Below are positions 28,199 to 38,546 of a stretch of 64,000 nucleotides of DNA, piece after piece. Every line of letters starts with the position of its first letter. Position 1 is the first letter of the stretch. A program made the position numbers and the translations under genes. The stretch is from Minisyncoccota bacterium. GTDB taxonomy: Bacteria; Patescibacteriota; Minisyncoccia; Phycocordibacterales; UBA9973. The stretch is taken from contig JAYVQT010000003.1 in the NCBI GenBank assembly GCA_043776915.1, forward strand, positions 26,187-90,186, read 5' to 3'. The notes under the pieces are model-generated. The model worked only from the letters and a program-made list of their open reading frames with translations, did not search any database and had not been told where the DNA came from.

Positions 28199-30622
28199 CT
28201 ACACAACTATGTTAACAAGCCTGTCCTTAATGTAAATAAAGCGCTTTATATCCTTCCCTACTGTCCAGCCTATAATAGCCTTATTTTCTAATGCACACTT
28301 CTTGACATCTTCCTCATCTATATCTCGATGTACCATCATTTCAGCTCGAACTTTACCATTCACTTGAATGATTATCTTTAGCACATCAGTAATAATTTTC
28401 TCTGGATCCCACTTCGGCCAGGCACTGAGATGAATAGATTTCTTCTCATCAAGTCCTCGCCAGAGCTCTTCAGTGATGTGTGGAGCAAATGGTGCGAGGA
28501 TTTGCAAAAAAAACTTAAAATCTTTTTTAGAGATTGTTTTTACTTTTTCAATTTCATTTACAAGAACCATCGTCGATGAGATTGCGGTATTGAAGCTCAT
28601 AGACTCTATATCTTCAGTTACTTTTTTTATCGTCTTATGTAAGATTGTTTTGAGCTTTGTGGAAGAAACTTTCTGAGTAGAGGTCATCGCATCAACATAT
28701 TCCAAACTTTTCCAAACCTTTTCCAAAAACCGTCGTGAGCCAATAATGCTTTGTGTATTCCACGCCACAGCTTGATCAAAAGGACCCATGAACATTTCAT
28801 AGATGCGAAGAGTATCGGCGCCATATGTCTTTACAATATCTTTAGGATCAACTGTATTACCAATTGATTTGGACATTTTGACTCCACCTTCGGCCAAAAT
28901 CATACCGTGACTCGTCCGCTTGGTATACGGCTCACTCGTTGGTACAAGCTTTAAATCGTATAAAAATTTATGCCAAAAGCGTGAATAGAGTAAGTGAAGA
29001 GTGGTGTGTTCCATCCCACCATTATACCAGTCGACAGGCGTCCAGTATTTTAAATTCTTTTTTGAAGCAAATTCTTTTTGATTCTTTGGGTCAGCATAGC
29101 GAAGATAGTACCACGAGCTTCCCGCCCAATTTGGCATAGTATCAGTCTCACGAGTAGCTTTGCCTTTACAGATCGGACACTTTACATTGACCCATTTGTC
29201 AATAATGGCAAGCGGGCTCTCGCCAGTATCAGTCGGCACATATGACTTTACTTTTGGTAGTGTCACTGGCAGATCTTTCTCGGGAACAGGGACATAACCA
29301 CACGTTGCGCAGTGAATAATCGGAATCGGCTCACCCCAATAACGCTGTCGAGAGAAAACCCAGTCGCGAAGCTTATACTTGGTCACCATCTTCCCCCCGA
29401 TTGCTTCCGTGATTTTTATGCGAGCTTCTTCAGAATTCATACCAGAAAATTCTCCAGAATCAGTCAAAATTCCTTCGCCTGTATAAAAAGAGTCTTTCGT
29501 ATTAAGAATAGGTACACCCTGAACAACTGACTTACTACCTACATGATACTTCTTAGCAAATTCAAAATCACGTTCATCGTGCGCTGGCACAGCCATGATG
29601 GCACCTGTACCATACTGAAGCAGAACATGGTCGCCAATAAAGAGAGGTATCTCTTCACCACTGGCCGGATTCAGAGCTTTTATTCCTTTTAGTTCTACTC
29701 CAGTTTTTTCCTTATCATCTGTTGTTCGCTCAATTTCATCTTTTTCTTTTGTCTTTTGAATATAGGCTTTAACTTCATCCTTATTCTCAAAGATATCGAG
29801 GTTTCTTGTCACCCAGGGATGCTCCGGAGCAAAAACCATGTACGTTGCACCATATATCGTATCAGCTCGCGTAGTAAAAATTTTAATACTCTCTTTACTA
29901 TTTTTTATCAGAAAGTCTATCTCACTCCCCTCGCTTTTGCCGATCCAGTTACGTTGCTGAGTTTTTATTTTAGGAAGGTAGTCAACAGTATCAAGATCAG
30001 CATCGAGCCTGTCCGCATACTTGGTAATGGCGAGCATCCACTGCTCCTTCTCGCGCTTTACAACCGGAGTATCGCAGCGTTCACAACAACCGTTAACTAC
30101 TTCTTCGTTGGCAAGGCCTATCTTATCCTTCGGGCACCAGTTTATAATACTCTTGGCTTTATATGCCAAACCTTTCTTGTACAACTGCAAGAATATCCAC
30201 TGCGTCCATTTGTAATATGTCGGATCAGTCGTATTTACCTCTCGAGACCAATCAAAGCCGAAACCGATTTCTTTTAATTGTTTACGAAACGTATCAGTAT
30301 TCTGCTTGGTCACCTTCTCTGGTTGAATACCAGTCTTAATAGCATAGTTCTCGGTCGGTAGACCAAAGGCGTCCCAACCAATCGGAAAAAGCACGTTATA
30401 CCCTTCCATTCGACGCTTACGAGTAATAATATCCATAGCCGTATTTGAGCGAATATGGCCAACATGAAGCCCAGCTCCGGATGGGTACGGGAACTCAATC
30501 AAGCCGTAAAACTTTTTGCGCTTAGATAGAACTTTGGTTCCATTCTTAACCTGGTAAATCTTTTTAGTATCCCAGTCTTTCTGCCATTTTTTTTCTATTT
30601 TCGTATGGTCGTACTTTTTCAT
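28199..30622 (-). CDS. leuS: Leucine--tRNA ligase
   Basis: FPYPSG.GLHVGH, GWDAFGLP.EN, TTR.DT, SRQRYWG.PIP and KMSKS motifs. Confidence 0.98.
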   Translation of the reverse strand: MKKYDHTKIEKKWQKDWDTKKIYQVKNGTKVLSKRKKFYGLIEFPYPSGAGLHVGHIRSNTAMDIITRKRRMEGYNVLFPIGWDAFGLPTENYAIKTGIQPEKVTKQNTDTFRKQLKEIGFGFDWSREVNTTDPTYYKWTQWIFLQLYKKGLAYKAKSIINWCPKDKIGLANEEVVNGCCERCDTPVVKREKEQWMLAITKYADRLDADLDTVDYLPKIKTQQRNWIGKSEGSEIDFLIKNSKESIKIFTTRADTIYGATYMVFAPEHPWVTRNLDIFENKDEVKAYIQKTKEKDEIERTTDDKEKTGVELKGIKALNPASGEEIPLFIGDHVLLQYGTGAIMAVPAHDERDFEFAKKYHVGSKSVVQGVPILNTKDSFYTGEGILTDSGEFSGMNSEEARIKITEAIGGKMVTKYKLRDWVFSRQRYWGEPIPIIHCATCGYVPVPEKDLPVTLPKVKSYVPTDTGESPLAIIDKWVNVKCPICKGKATRETDTMPNWAGSSWYYLRYADPKNQKEFASKKNLKYWTPVDWYNGGMEHTTLHLLYSRFWHKFLYDLKLVPTSEPYTKRTSHGMILAEGGVKMSKSIGNTVDPKDIVKTYGADTLRIYEMFMGPFDQAVAWNTQSIIGSRRFLEKVWKSLEYVDAMTSTQKVSSTKLKTILHKTIKKVTEDIESMSFNTAISSTMVLVNEIEKVKTISKKDFKFFLQILAPFAPHITEELWRGLDEKKSIHLSAWPKWDPEKIITDVLKIIIQVNGKVRAEMMVHRDIDEEDVKKCALENKAIIGWTVGKDIKRFIYIKDRLVNIVV

Positions 30623-30631
30623 CCTGAATAG

Positions 30632-31204
30632 TTATTTCGAAAACTTCTTAACTGCAAGCCAGACAAGGGCCGCAAGAGCTACCCCAAGAATAATAACTCT
30701 TATAATACTATCCGCGCTGCCCCAGTAGCGCATTGAAGCGATAATTAGTGACAGTACACCACTCCACGAAAAAGCCATGGACAAAAGTGGTAGCCCCACA
30801 AATGCTCCAAGTATGAGGACGATAACGCCGAGAGAAACAAGAATGATGAAAATATTACGATTGTACAATTTCTGTGTAGCATCAAATTTCTTCTGGCAAG
30901 TATAGGTCGCATTACAATAACCCGTCACTTGCGTCTTAGTTGGGGATGAGATTTTAGGCCCTTCGACTGGTACGACTTGCTCACTCCACATACCACCATT
31001 CTCTAAGCACTGACCCTTATTATCATATGCTTTATTTATAATATCAACAGGACAAAACCCCTCAAACGTTGGTTCAGTATAGACAAGTGATGTTGCATAA
31101 TTAAAAAATAAATTTGTCACAATGACAATAGCAACAACCAGTGACCACATAAGTGCTTTTGGCTTCTTTACTTCCTCTCCATGTAGACTATTATTATTTT
31201 CCAT
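30632..31204 (-). CDS. Hypothetical membrane protein with a Cys-containing extracytoplasmic loop
   Basis: One TM, a loop with four Cys, then three TM. Confidence 0.7.
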   Translation of the reverse strand: MENNNSLHGEEVKKPKALMWSLVVAIVIVTNLFFNYATSLVYTEPTFEGFCPVDIINKAYDNKGQCLENGGMWSEQVVPVEGPKISSPTKTQVTGYCNATYTCQKKFDATQKLYNRNIFIILVSLGVIVLILGAFVGLPLLSMAFSWSGVLSLIIASMRYWGSADSIIRVIILGVALAALVWLAVKKFSK

Positions 31205-31263
31205 AATAATTATAGTATACCAGAATTGTGGTAGAGACGACAAACTACTGTATACACCAGTTT

Positions 31264-31839
31264 TTATACTGTTATTTCCACTGCCCCTTGTCGCAGAATT
31301 TTTACTGTTTCATGTTGAAACTCAATCAATGTTGAAGCTTTCGATTCTTTGGTCCCTCCGTTAATATACATATCGACACGTTCATGAAAATATTTTCTAG
31401 CCTCTGTGATATTTCGTGCTGGCACAAGCCCTTGCGGATTAGCACTCGGAGCAACAAGTGGTCCAATGTTTTGTAGAAGTGTATAGAGATTTTTATTTTG
31501 TGGTCCAACCATTCTAAAAGCAATTGTCTTAGTTCCCCGATGAAGATACGAGAACTGCTTACTTATGCATGGCATGACGACGCTCACCTTTCCTGGCCAT
31601 ACAGCACCCAGTAATGTACTCTGCTTTTGGTCTAATGAAACACCAAAATCCTGAAGTTGAGAATAAGAAGAAATAAGAACAATGCATGGCTTACCTTTAT
31701 CACGACCGCGGACTTTGTATATACGCTCCACTGCCCTTTTCGATAACGCACTCCCGACAACACCATAAATAGTATCAGTCGGAAGCACGACAACTCCATC
31801 ATTCTTTAAAATAACTATGGCTTTCGTCCAATTATTCAT
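31264..31839 (-). CDS. tsaC: Threonylcarbamoyl-AMP synthase (TsaC/Sua5)
   Basis: PTDTIYG, K.R...KP, WPG, SAN and ILRQG motifs. Start set at MNNWTK. Confidence 0.92.
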   Translation of the reverse strand: MNNWTKAIVILKNDGVVVLPTDTIYGVVGSALSKRAVERIYKVRGRDKGKPCIVLISSYSQLQDFGVSLDQKQSTLLGAVWPGKVSVVMPCISKQFSYLHRGTKTIAFRMVGPQNKNLYTLLQNIGPLVAPSANPQGLVPARNITEARKYFHERVDMYINGGTKESKASTLIEFQHETVKILRQGAVEITV

Positions 31840-32179
31840 CACCAAAACTTGAGACATCGATATCAATCTTCGCTGCCACAATAAAATCATTCTGCGATAA
31901 TCCGCGAATAGCATGGGTAGAGAGAATAATTTCGACATGTTTGTAATCGGTCAGGTGAATATCTGGATGATGGTGTTCGTCTTCAGCTGTTATTCCAACC
32001 TTATTCACAAAGTCTAATGCTTCCTTAAAATTTCCAAATGTGTACTGCTTACTAATGGACTTACCATCATAAGAAAGTTCCCAGTATGGTATCTGGGCAA
32101 GTAAGACTGTCGCTTCTTCTTTGTCGTATGGAATGACATTGCCTTCGCAGGCCACACACTTTTGTTCGGTTAGATTCAT
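31832..32179 (-). CDS. Pterin-4a-carbinolamine dehydratase
   Basis: AE...HHPDI, L.TH...GLS.NDF..AAKID motifs. Confidence 0.92.
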   Translation of the reverse strand: MNLTEQKCVACEGNVIPYDKEEATVLLAQIPYWELSYDGKSISKQYTFGNFKEALDFVNKVGITAEDEHHHPDIHLTDYKHVEIILSTHAIRGLSQNDFIVAAKIDIDVSSFGDE

Positions 32180-32206
32180 ATATGTATTTTAGCACATATA
32201 GATAGT

Positions 32207-32235
32207 TTGACAAAGGTAATAAGTTATATTAATAT
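32207..32235 (+). promoter_or_regulatory. Sigma70-like promoter of the sigma factor gene
   Basis: TTGACA-17 nt-TAATAT. Confidence 0.55.
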
Positions 32236-32274
32236 ATTAAAAAATCTTTATCTAATCTTTTAAAACCTATATAT

Positions 32275-33129
32275 ATGAGACAATTAAAAATTGTAACACA
32301 GATTACTGACCGTGATTCCCAGGCAGTGGAAAAATACCTTCAAGAAATATCAAAGATATCTATGATTACTCCAGAGGAAGAGCCCATTCTGGCTGAGAAA
32401 ATAAAGACGGGTGATCAACAAGCATTGAATAGATTAGTGAATGCTAATCTTCGTTTCGTAGTCTCGGTCGCCAAGCAGTACCAATACCAAGGATTAACTT
32501 TACCGGATCTGATTAATGAAGGCAACCTGGGGTTAATAAAGGCTGCCCAAAGATTTGATGAAACACGGGGGTTTAAATTCATTTCGTACGCTGTGTGGTG
32601 GATTCGTCAATCTATTTTACAATCTTTAGCCGAGCAAGGCAGGTTAGTGCGTATACCACAAAATAAAATTGGTGCTTATAATAAAGCTCATAAGGCTTAT
32701 ATGTCTTTTGAGCAACAATATGAAAGAGAACCTTCAACCGAGGAATTAGCGGAATTACTGGAAATAAGTGAAACTAAAGTTAATACCATTTTCCAAGGTA
32801 GATCTCATCATACTTCTCTTGATTCCCCTATAAATGAAGAGGGAGATACGAATCTAGGTGATTTACTGCGAAGTGATGACAAAGCCGACGAAGATGTAAT
32901 GCACAACTCATTAAAAGATGAAATCCAGCGAGTTTTGAAATCATTAAGCCCACGAGAAGCAGATATAGTAAATGCTTACTTTGGATTAGATGGAGACGTT
33001 TTGACTCCTGAGCAGATTGGTATAAAATATAATTTGACAAAGGAGCGTGTCCGTCAGATTAAAGAAAGAGCTATCAATCGCCTGAAAAAAGCAGGGTACA
33101 GTAATACTTTAAAAGCATACTTGGGGTAA
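32275..33129 (+). CDS. RpoD/SigA-family sigma factor lacking region 1.1 (Bacteroidota-type)
   Basis: MRQLKI N-terminus, ANLRFVVSVAKQYQ, DLINEGNLGLIKAA.RFDETRGFKFISYAVWWIRQSI, and region 4 LTKERVRQIKE. Confidence 0.93.
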   Translation: MRQLKIVTQITDRDSQAVEKYLQEISKISMITPEEEPILAEKIKTGDQQALNRLVNANLRFVVSVAKQYQYQGLTLPDLINEGNLGLIKAAQRFDETRGFKFISYAVWWIRQSILQSLAEQGRLVRIPQNKIGAYNKAHKAYMSFEQQYEREPSTEELAELLEISETKVNTIFQGRSHHTSLDSPINEEGDTNLGDLLRSDDKADEDVMHNSLKDEIQRVLKSLSPREADIVNAYFGLDGDVLTPEQIGIKYNLTKERVRQIKERAINRLKKAGYSNTLKAYLG

Positions 33130-33141
33130 TATCAAAATTTT

Positions 33142-33176
33142 CAAGATATGATGTAGAAATACTCATATCTTTTTTT
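33142..33176. terminator. Terminator between the sigma gene and ychF
   Basis: AAGATATGA...TCATATCTT followed by a T run. Confidence 0.6.
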
Positions 33177-34284
33177 ATATCTTAAACTCAATGACATCAC
33201 CATCTTTTACAATATATCCCTTCCCTTCGGTACGCACTTTACCTTTCGAACGAGCTTCACTGTAGGATCCAGCTTTCAGTAGATCACTCCAGAATACAAC
33301 TTCAGCGCGGATAAATTTATCTTTAAAGTCTGTATGAATAGCTGTACCGGCAATAGGTGCAGTGGAGTTATGTTTAATTGTCCAGGCACGAGTCTCATCT
33401 TCACCTGTAGTGAAATAAGTATCAAGACCAAGCAACGTATAACCTTCCGTAATCAAGCGATTAATACCATCATCTTCTCCACCGAGCTCTTTACGGAATA
33501 CTTCTTTCTCTTCTCCTTCAAAATCTTTCAATTCTTCTTCAATCTTGGCATCAAGGACAACATAACACGAACCAGTACTCTCGATATAGTCAGTTAACTC
33601 TTTAAATATTTCTGGATTCATGTCATCCAGATTTTTAGCTCCCCCACGCTTGTTGAGCCCGTAGATAAATGGCTTGAGCGTTAAAAGATTTAGCATTTTA
33701 ATTTTCTCTAATTCCTTTTCATCAAGCTCAACGGTATTAGCAAGCGTACCTTTTTCAAATGCTTGCTCGAGTTTTACTAGTGCACCTTCTTCAAGAATTG
33801 CTTCTTTATCGCCTTTCTTTATATCTTTCTGTAAATTATTCTTCCGCTTCGATACCGTCTCCATATCAGCTAAGATAAGCTCAAGGTTGATGACTTCAAT
33901 ATCACGCAGTGGATCGATATCACCATAGACATGGAGAATCTCATTACCCTTGTCGTTCTTAAGTGGAAAAATACGGACCATTTCAAATATGGCATCAACT
34001 TCGCGAATATTAGCCAGAAACTTATTACCCAGCCCTTCACCTTTCGAAGCGCCAGCCACCAGGCCAGCAATGTCGACAAACTCTATAACTGCTGGAATAG
34101 TTTTTACTGACTTTGAAAATTCTGATAGCTTCCAGAGTCGGGTGTCAGGTACAGGAACAATCCCAACCGCTGGATCAATGGTACAAAATGGGTAATTCTC
34201 AGCCGGTACGCCCTTCTTGGTAAGTGCATTAAAAAGCGTCGATTTACCGACGTTCGGGAGACCTACAATTCCGATACTTAGCAT
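33175..34284 (-). CDS. ychF: Redox-regulated ATPase YchF
   Basis: GIVGLPNVGKST, NYPFCTI, DIAGLV.GAS.GEGLGN.FL and EGK.Y.V.DGD motifs. Confidence 0.98.
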   Translation of the reverse strand: MLSIGIVGLPNVGKSTLFNALTKKGVPAENYPFCTIDPAVGIVPVPDTRLWKLSEFSKSVKTIPAVIEFVDIAGLVAGASKGEGLGNKFLANIREVDAIFEMVRIFPLKNDKGNEILHVYGDIDPLRDIEVINLELILADMETVSKRKNNLQKDIKKGDKEAILEEGALVKLEQAFEKGTLANTVELDEKELEKIKMLNLLTLKPFIYGLNKRGGAKNLDDMNPEIFKELTDYIESTGSCYVVLDAKIEEELKDFEGEEKEVFRKELGGEDDGINRLITEGYTLLGLDTYFTTGEDETRAWTIKHNSTAPIAGTAIHTDFKDKFIRAEVVFWSDLLKAGSYSEARSKGKVRTEGKGYIVKDGDVIEFKI

Positions 34285-34347
34285 TTTGTGAATATACCAA
34301 AATTTATACTAAAAATCTACTAAAAGTAGAGTACAGTCTGTGATCTA

Positions 34348-34382
34348 AATAAAACCCTCGCTTTGAATACCAAAGAGAGGGT
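34348..34382 (-). terminator. Rho-independent terminator upstream of ychF
   Basis: On -: ACCCTCTCTTTG-N5-CAAAGCGAGGGT followed by TTTATTT. Confidence 0.55.
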
Positions 34383-34578
34383 GTAATGGTGCGTAACACA
34401 TTATGTATTAAGCGCGTTTAGATCGATCATAATTTCTAAGAAAATTAAATCAGGATCGTTTTCTTTTTCATTAACCATGATAAATTATTTTGTTTAACCA
34501 CATGCGAATATACACATTTACAACAAGATATCACACTTATCTATAATATTCAATACTCAAGTGTTATACTATGCGTCT

Positions 34579-35319
34579 ATGAAGAAAAGTATACTCATAT
34601 TCTATAGTGTCTTTATAGTTTGTAGTAGTCTATCACTAGTCTACATACCTCATGTATTTTCCTATCGATATGCATCTGAAATATCAATTATACTTATTCT
34701 TTTTCCATTATTCGTCACGTTACAGCGAGAGTTCGGTATCTACAAAACTATCATACACATCGTCGTGCTTTCAAGTATCTCATTATTCATTGAATACAGA
34801 GGACTCATCACCGGTATGCCGTATGGATTCTTTTCGTACAATACTGCTATACCGAATCAAATACAGCATATTCTCCCATGGACTGTTGGATTATCGTATA
34901 TACCACTCCTCTATGGAGCAGTTGGCTCTGCCTATTATTTTTCTAAAAAACCTTTCCAGGTGCTTTTACTTTCTGTTACCTTTTTACTGATCATCGATAT
35001 CGTTATAGATCCTGCTGCTGTGTCCATCGGCATGTGGACGTACGCTACACATGGATGGTACTACGGAGTACCGTTCCAAAACTTTATCGGATGGATAGTT
35101 TCTAGCACAATTACATCAAGTATCCTCGTACTCCTTATGCGTTCATATCCAAAAGATCATACGATAGCACTAACCTCGAGTATGTATATCAGTCTTGCAT
35201 TATGGGTATATATCGCTCTTATTAAAAATCTGTGGATCCCCGCATGTATAGGCATAGCAGTACTTGGATATCTATTAATGATATACTCAAGAAATGAAAG
35301 AAACACTCAGACAAAGTAG
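34579..35319 (+). CDS. cruF: Carotenoid hydratase, CruF/DUF422 family
   Basis: IEY.G..TG.PYG.F.Y, D..IDP.AV..G.W.Y and GVP..NF.GW motifs in a polytopic membrane protein. Confidence 0.8.
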   Translation: MKKSILIFYSVFIVCSSLSLVYIPHVFSYRYASEISIILILFPLFVTLQREFGIYKTIIHIVVLSSISLFIEYRGLITGMPYGFFSYNTAIPNQIQHILPWTVGLSYIPLLYGAVGSAYYFSKKPFQVLLLSVTFLLIIDIVIDPAAVSIGMWTYATHGWYYGVPFQNFIGWIVSSTITSSILVLLMRSYPKDHTIALTSSMYISLALWVYIALIKNLWIPACIGIAVLGYLLMIYSRNERNTQTK

Positions 35320-36121
35320 GCCACGATTCTGGATCTATGTATTTGGGCCATTTATACTCCCCCTTGCGACACTTCACTCACTTCATGAACTATCATTTTC
35401 TATCATTCTTCTTGGTCTGTACTTTACATTTCCTGCCAATATATTTATATATGGCATCAATGATATATATGATAAAGCAACGGACATACTGAATGAAAAA
35501 AAGAAATCATATGAAACAGAAATTTCTCAACAGGCCGAAAGAAAAGTAAAAATCATATTACTCGTTAGCACACTTGCTATTCTTTTGTATAGTATATTTT
35601 TTCTGACTCTTGTCACCACAAGTTCTTTAATTTTTTTTCTTATCTGTGCACATCAATACTCAGCACCTCCACTACGAGCAAAGGCAGTTCCCTTCCTTGA
35701 TAGTATTGTAAGTGGTATCTTGTACACTATTCCGGCATTCATATCTTGGAGTATGATACATACAACTATGCCACCCGTGTGGCCATTTGTGGCTTCATGT
35801 ATATGGTCTATGAGTATGCATGCCTACTCAGCCGTGCCTGATATTGAAGCTGATACACAAGCCCATATACAGACTAGTGCCACACTACTCGGTAAAAACG
35901 TAATGCTTGTGTGTTGTGGAGTATTATTTATAATTGCTACATTACTTGCAGTCCCCTATCTTGGATTTTTTGCATATGGAGCAGGATTAATATATCTTGT
36001 ACTTATTGGAGTATCTCTCGCTACAAACACATCGGGAGCAACATTATACTATTACAAAATGTTTCCACTTGTAAACACTCTTACTGGCTTTGGTATGTTT
36101 ATAACAATGTTATTATCGTAA
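35294..36121 (+). CDS. lyeJ: UbiA-family prenyltransferase, lycopene elongase LyeJ/CrtEb-like
   Basis: SRPRFW.Y..GP, YGINDIYD..TD..N.KK, YSAPPLR.K..PFLDS and MH..SAVPDI.AD motifs. Confidence 0.8.
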   Translation: MKETLRQSRPRFWIYVFGPFILPLATLHSLHELSFSIILLGLYFTFPANIFIYGINDIYDKATDILNEKKKSYETEISQQAERKVKIILLVSTLAILLYSIFFLTLVTTSSLIFFLICAHQYSAPPLRAKAVPFLDSIVSGILYTIPAFISWSMIHTTMPPVWPFVASCIWSMSMHAYSAVPDIEADTQAHIQTSATLLGKNVMLVCCGVLFIIATLLAVPYLGFFAYGAGLIYLVLIGVSLATNTSGATLYYYKMFPLVNTLTGFGMFITMLLS

Positions 36122-37645
36122 CTGATCTTCTGTAAGTGGTTCTGCTGTTTTAATATTCTCAATTCTCTTATACACTAACTCTGCAGATATTAAACATATG
36201 GGCATACCGATACCCGGGTTTGTGCCTGCGCCGGTAAAGTATAAATTCTTTATTTTTTTAGATACATTGTTTGGACGAAATAGTGATGTTTGCATCAGTG
36301 TATGTGCAAGCCCTAATGCTGTGCCTTTAAATGCGTTATAATCTTTTTTAAAATCTTCAACACTATATATTTCTTTAACCAAGATACGCTCGCGTAGATG
36401 TGGGATGTTGCATTCTTTGGCTATCATATCAAGTATCTTATCAGCATATGCTTCTTTGCCAACAACACTTGTATCAAGATCTGACGCAATAGGAACAAGC
36501 ACAAAAAGATTCTCGGTACCTACTGGAGCAATCGTACTATCAGTTTTTGATGGTGCACAAATATAAAATGCTGGGTAGTCAGGCCACTTCGGTTTCTTAA
36601 AAATAGTATCAAAATTTTCCTTCCATGCATCTGGGAAAAAAAGATTGTGATGTGAGAGTGTCGGAATAGTACCCTCAACACCCAAATATAATATAAATGC
36701 ACTTGGAGCGAGTGTTCTCTTATTCCACCATTTCTGTGTGTGTGTACGATATTTTTCTTCAATCAAATTCATCTCTGTATGCTCATAATCCGCATTTGAA
36801 ATTACAATATCAGCATATACTTCAGTATCGTCAGCGAGGACACACCCATATGCAGTACCATCTCTAATAAGAATACGTTTGACCTCTGTATTCAAGTGAA
36901 TAATCGTCCCCTGTTTGGTAGCAATAAGAGCGAGGGCTTTGGGAACTTCATAAATACCACCCTCGGGATACCATACTCCTAAACCGAAGTCGACATAATT
37001 CATAAGTGTATAGATTCCCGGTGTATCAAACGGTGATGTCCCCAGAAGCACTGTTTGATATTGCATCACTTTACGCAACAATTCATTAGTGAATAATTTG
37101 TTAACAATCGTACTTTGTTTTTGAAGTAAGGGAAGCTCACGACCAAGCGTCGCAGTACGCTTGTTCAAAAAGTCAAAAATAGAATCAACATTTTTATACA
37201 TGAATTCATTCTTAGCAATATCATACTGGTATTTTGTTTGTGCAAGAAATTTCTCAAGCACAGCACCTGAACCTTTTTCAAGTGATTCAAATGTATGTTT
37301 ATTTTTTGCCAAGTCTGCATAAAAATCATATGAAGGCTTGCCACCTTGTTGGAAAATACGATATGACGGAGACAGAAGAGACAGCTTCAAGTACTTATGT
37401 ATATCTTCACCGAGAATGGCAAAGAAATCAGCAAAGACATCAGGCATCATATACCAGCTCGGACCTTTATCGAAAATAAAAGTACCTTTGGTTGATTTTT
37501 TTGTAAGTAAACTTGCTCGTCCACCAACCATGTCATTCTTATCATAAAGAGTGACCTCATATCCTTTTTTTGAAAGTAAAGATGCACTTGCAAGTGATGC
37601 AAGTCCTGCTCCGATAATAATAACTGATTTTTTTTTATTTTCCAT
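36113..37645 (-). CDS. crtI: Phytoene/carotenoid desaturase (CrtI/CrtD family)
   Basis: IIGAG Rossmann fold, GGRA, FD.GPSWYMMPDVF, YPEGG, AHTL.QT..FRP and PG.G.P....S motifs. Start set at MENKKK. Confidence 0.9.
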   Translation of the reverse strand: MENKKKSVIIIGAGLASLASASLLSKKGYEVTLYDKNDMVGGRASLLTKKSTKGTFIFDKGPSWYMMPDVFADFFAILGEDIHKYLKLSLLSPSYRIFQQGGKPSYDFYADLAKNKHTFESLEKGSGAVLEKFLAQTKYQYDIAKNEFMYKNVDSIFDFLNKRTATLGRELPLLQKQSTIVNKLFTNELLRKVMQYQTVLLGTSPFDTPGIYTLMNYVDFGLGVWYPEGGIYEVPKALALIATKQGTIIHLNTEVKRILIRDGTAYGCVLADDTEVYADIVISNADYEHTEMNLIEEKYRTHTQKWWNKRTLAPSAFILYLGVEGTIPTLSHHNLFFPDAWKENFDTIFKKPKWPDYPAFYICAPSKTDSTIAPVGTENLFVLVPIASDLDTSVVGKEAYADKILDMIAKECNIPHLRERILVKEIYSVEDFKKDYNAFKGTALGLAHTLMQTSLFRPNNVSKKIKNLYFTGAGTNPGIGMPICLISAELVYKRIENIKTAEPLTEDQLR

Positions 37646-38546
37646 TTTGTTTTTTGTAAATCCTATTAAATTCATATACTGCACATACCAGATACCATAG
37701 TTTATGAAACGTATTCTCAGATTTCCATATAAATGGATTAAAGTGATTCTGCTCGATACGATCCAATATTCGCTCATACATCCGACCTGCTACGTATACT
37801 GCTAATCGTGTATCTTTTGAAAGAAAACCAAGACCTCTATAGCCCTGTCTATACAATGCCCTTGTTTTACTAACTTCATATTTCATAAGTTCGACAAGTT
37901 CTGAAGTACACTGTTTGTGTGCGATCATATCCATAGTAACATGATATCGATTCATATCTTCATCGGGAATATAGATACGATGTCGTATGGCGTAATCTTC
38001 TTGTATATCACGCAGAAAATTGGTCATCTGCATCCCGTACGCAAGTGATGTCGCATACGTAAGTGCACCATCAGTAAATCCAAAAAAATACGTGAGCATA
38101 TATCCTACTACACCTGCTGAACCATGCATGTAGCCTTCAAGTTCATGATAAGTCGCATAACGAGTGACATGGCTATCTGTTTTCATTGCATACATAAAAT
38201 CGATCGTATATACAAAGGGTATGCGATATTTTTTACACATATCTCTAAAAGTAGACAAAAAGGGAGAATCATTTTGATCTGTATTCCAAATATCTACCCA
38301 CTCCATCTCAAATGCTTTCAGGGCACACAATCCTCCATCTGTATCAGTACTGTATTCTGTATCAATAATTTCATCAGGAATACGAACAAATGCATACAAG
38401 TATTCTACTTCTGTACGAATACGTTTCGGAAGTAATCGGGTTGCTAGAAAGTACCGCATGCTATATTTCTTTTGAAAAAGCTTCGGATTCGCATATGCAT
38501 GCTCTAAATTATTTTGTGCGGTTATAGATAAATTCACAAATGTCAT
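37635..38546 (-). CDS. crtB: Phytoene synthase
   Basis: LYAFVR..DEIID, Y..GSAGVVG and Q.TNFLRDI.ED...R.Y.P motifs. Confidence 0.9.
   Translation of the reverse strand: MTFVNLSITAQNNLEHAYANPKLFQKKYSMRYFLATRLLPKRIRTEVEYLYAFVRIPDEIIDTEYSTDTDGGLCALKAFEMEWVDIWNTDQNDSPFLSTFRDMCKKYRIPFVYTIDFMYAMKTDSHVTRYATYHELEGYMHGSAGVVGYMLTYFFGFTDGALTYATSLAYGMQMTNFLRDIQEDYAIRHRIYIPDEDMNRYHVTMDMIAHKQCTSELVELMKYEVSKTRALYRQGYRGLGFLSKDTRLAVYVAGRMYERILDRIEQNHFNPFIWKSENTFHKLWYLVCAVYEFNRIYKKQNGK

Noticed and set aside
37646-37777. N-terminal extension of CrtI in the ORF track
   Set aside because: It overlaps crtB; the Rossmann motif begins right after the ATG at 37645.
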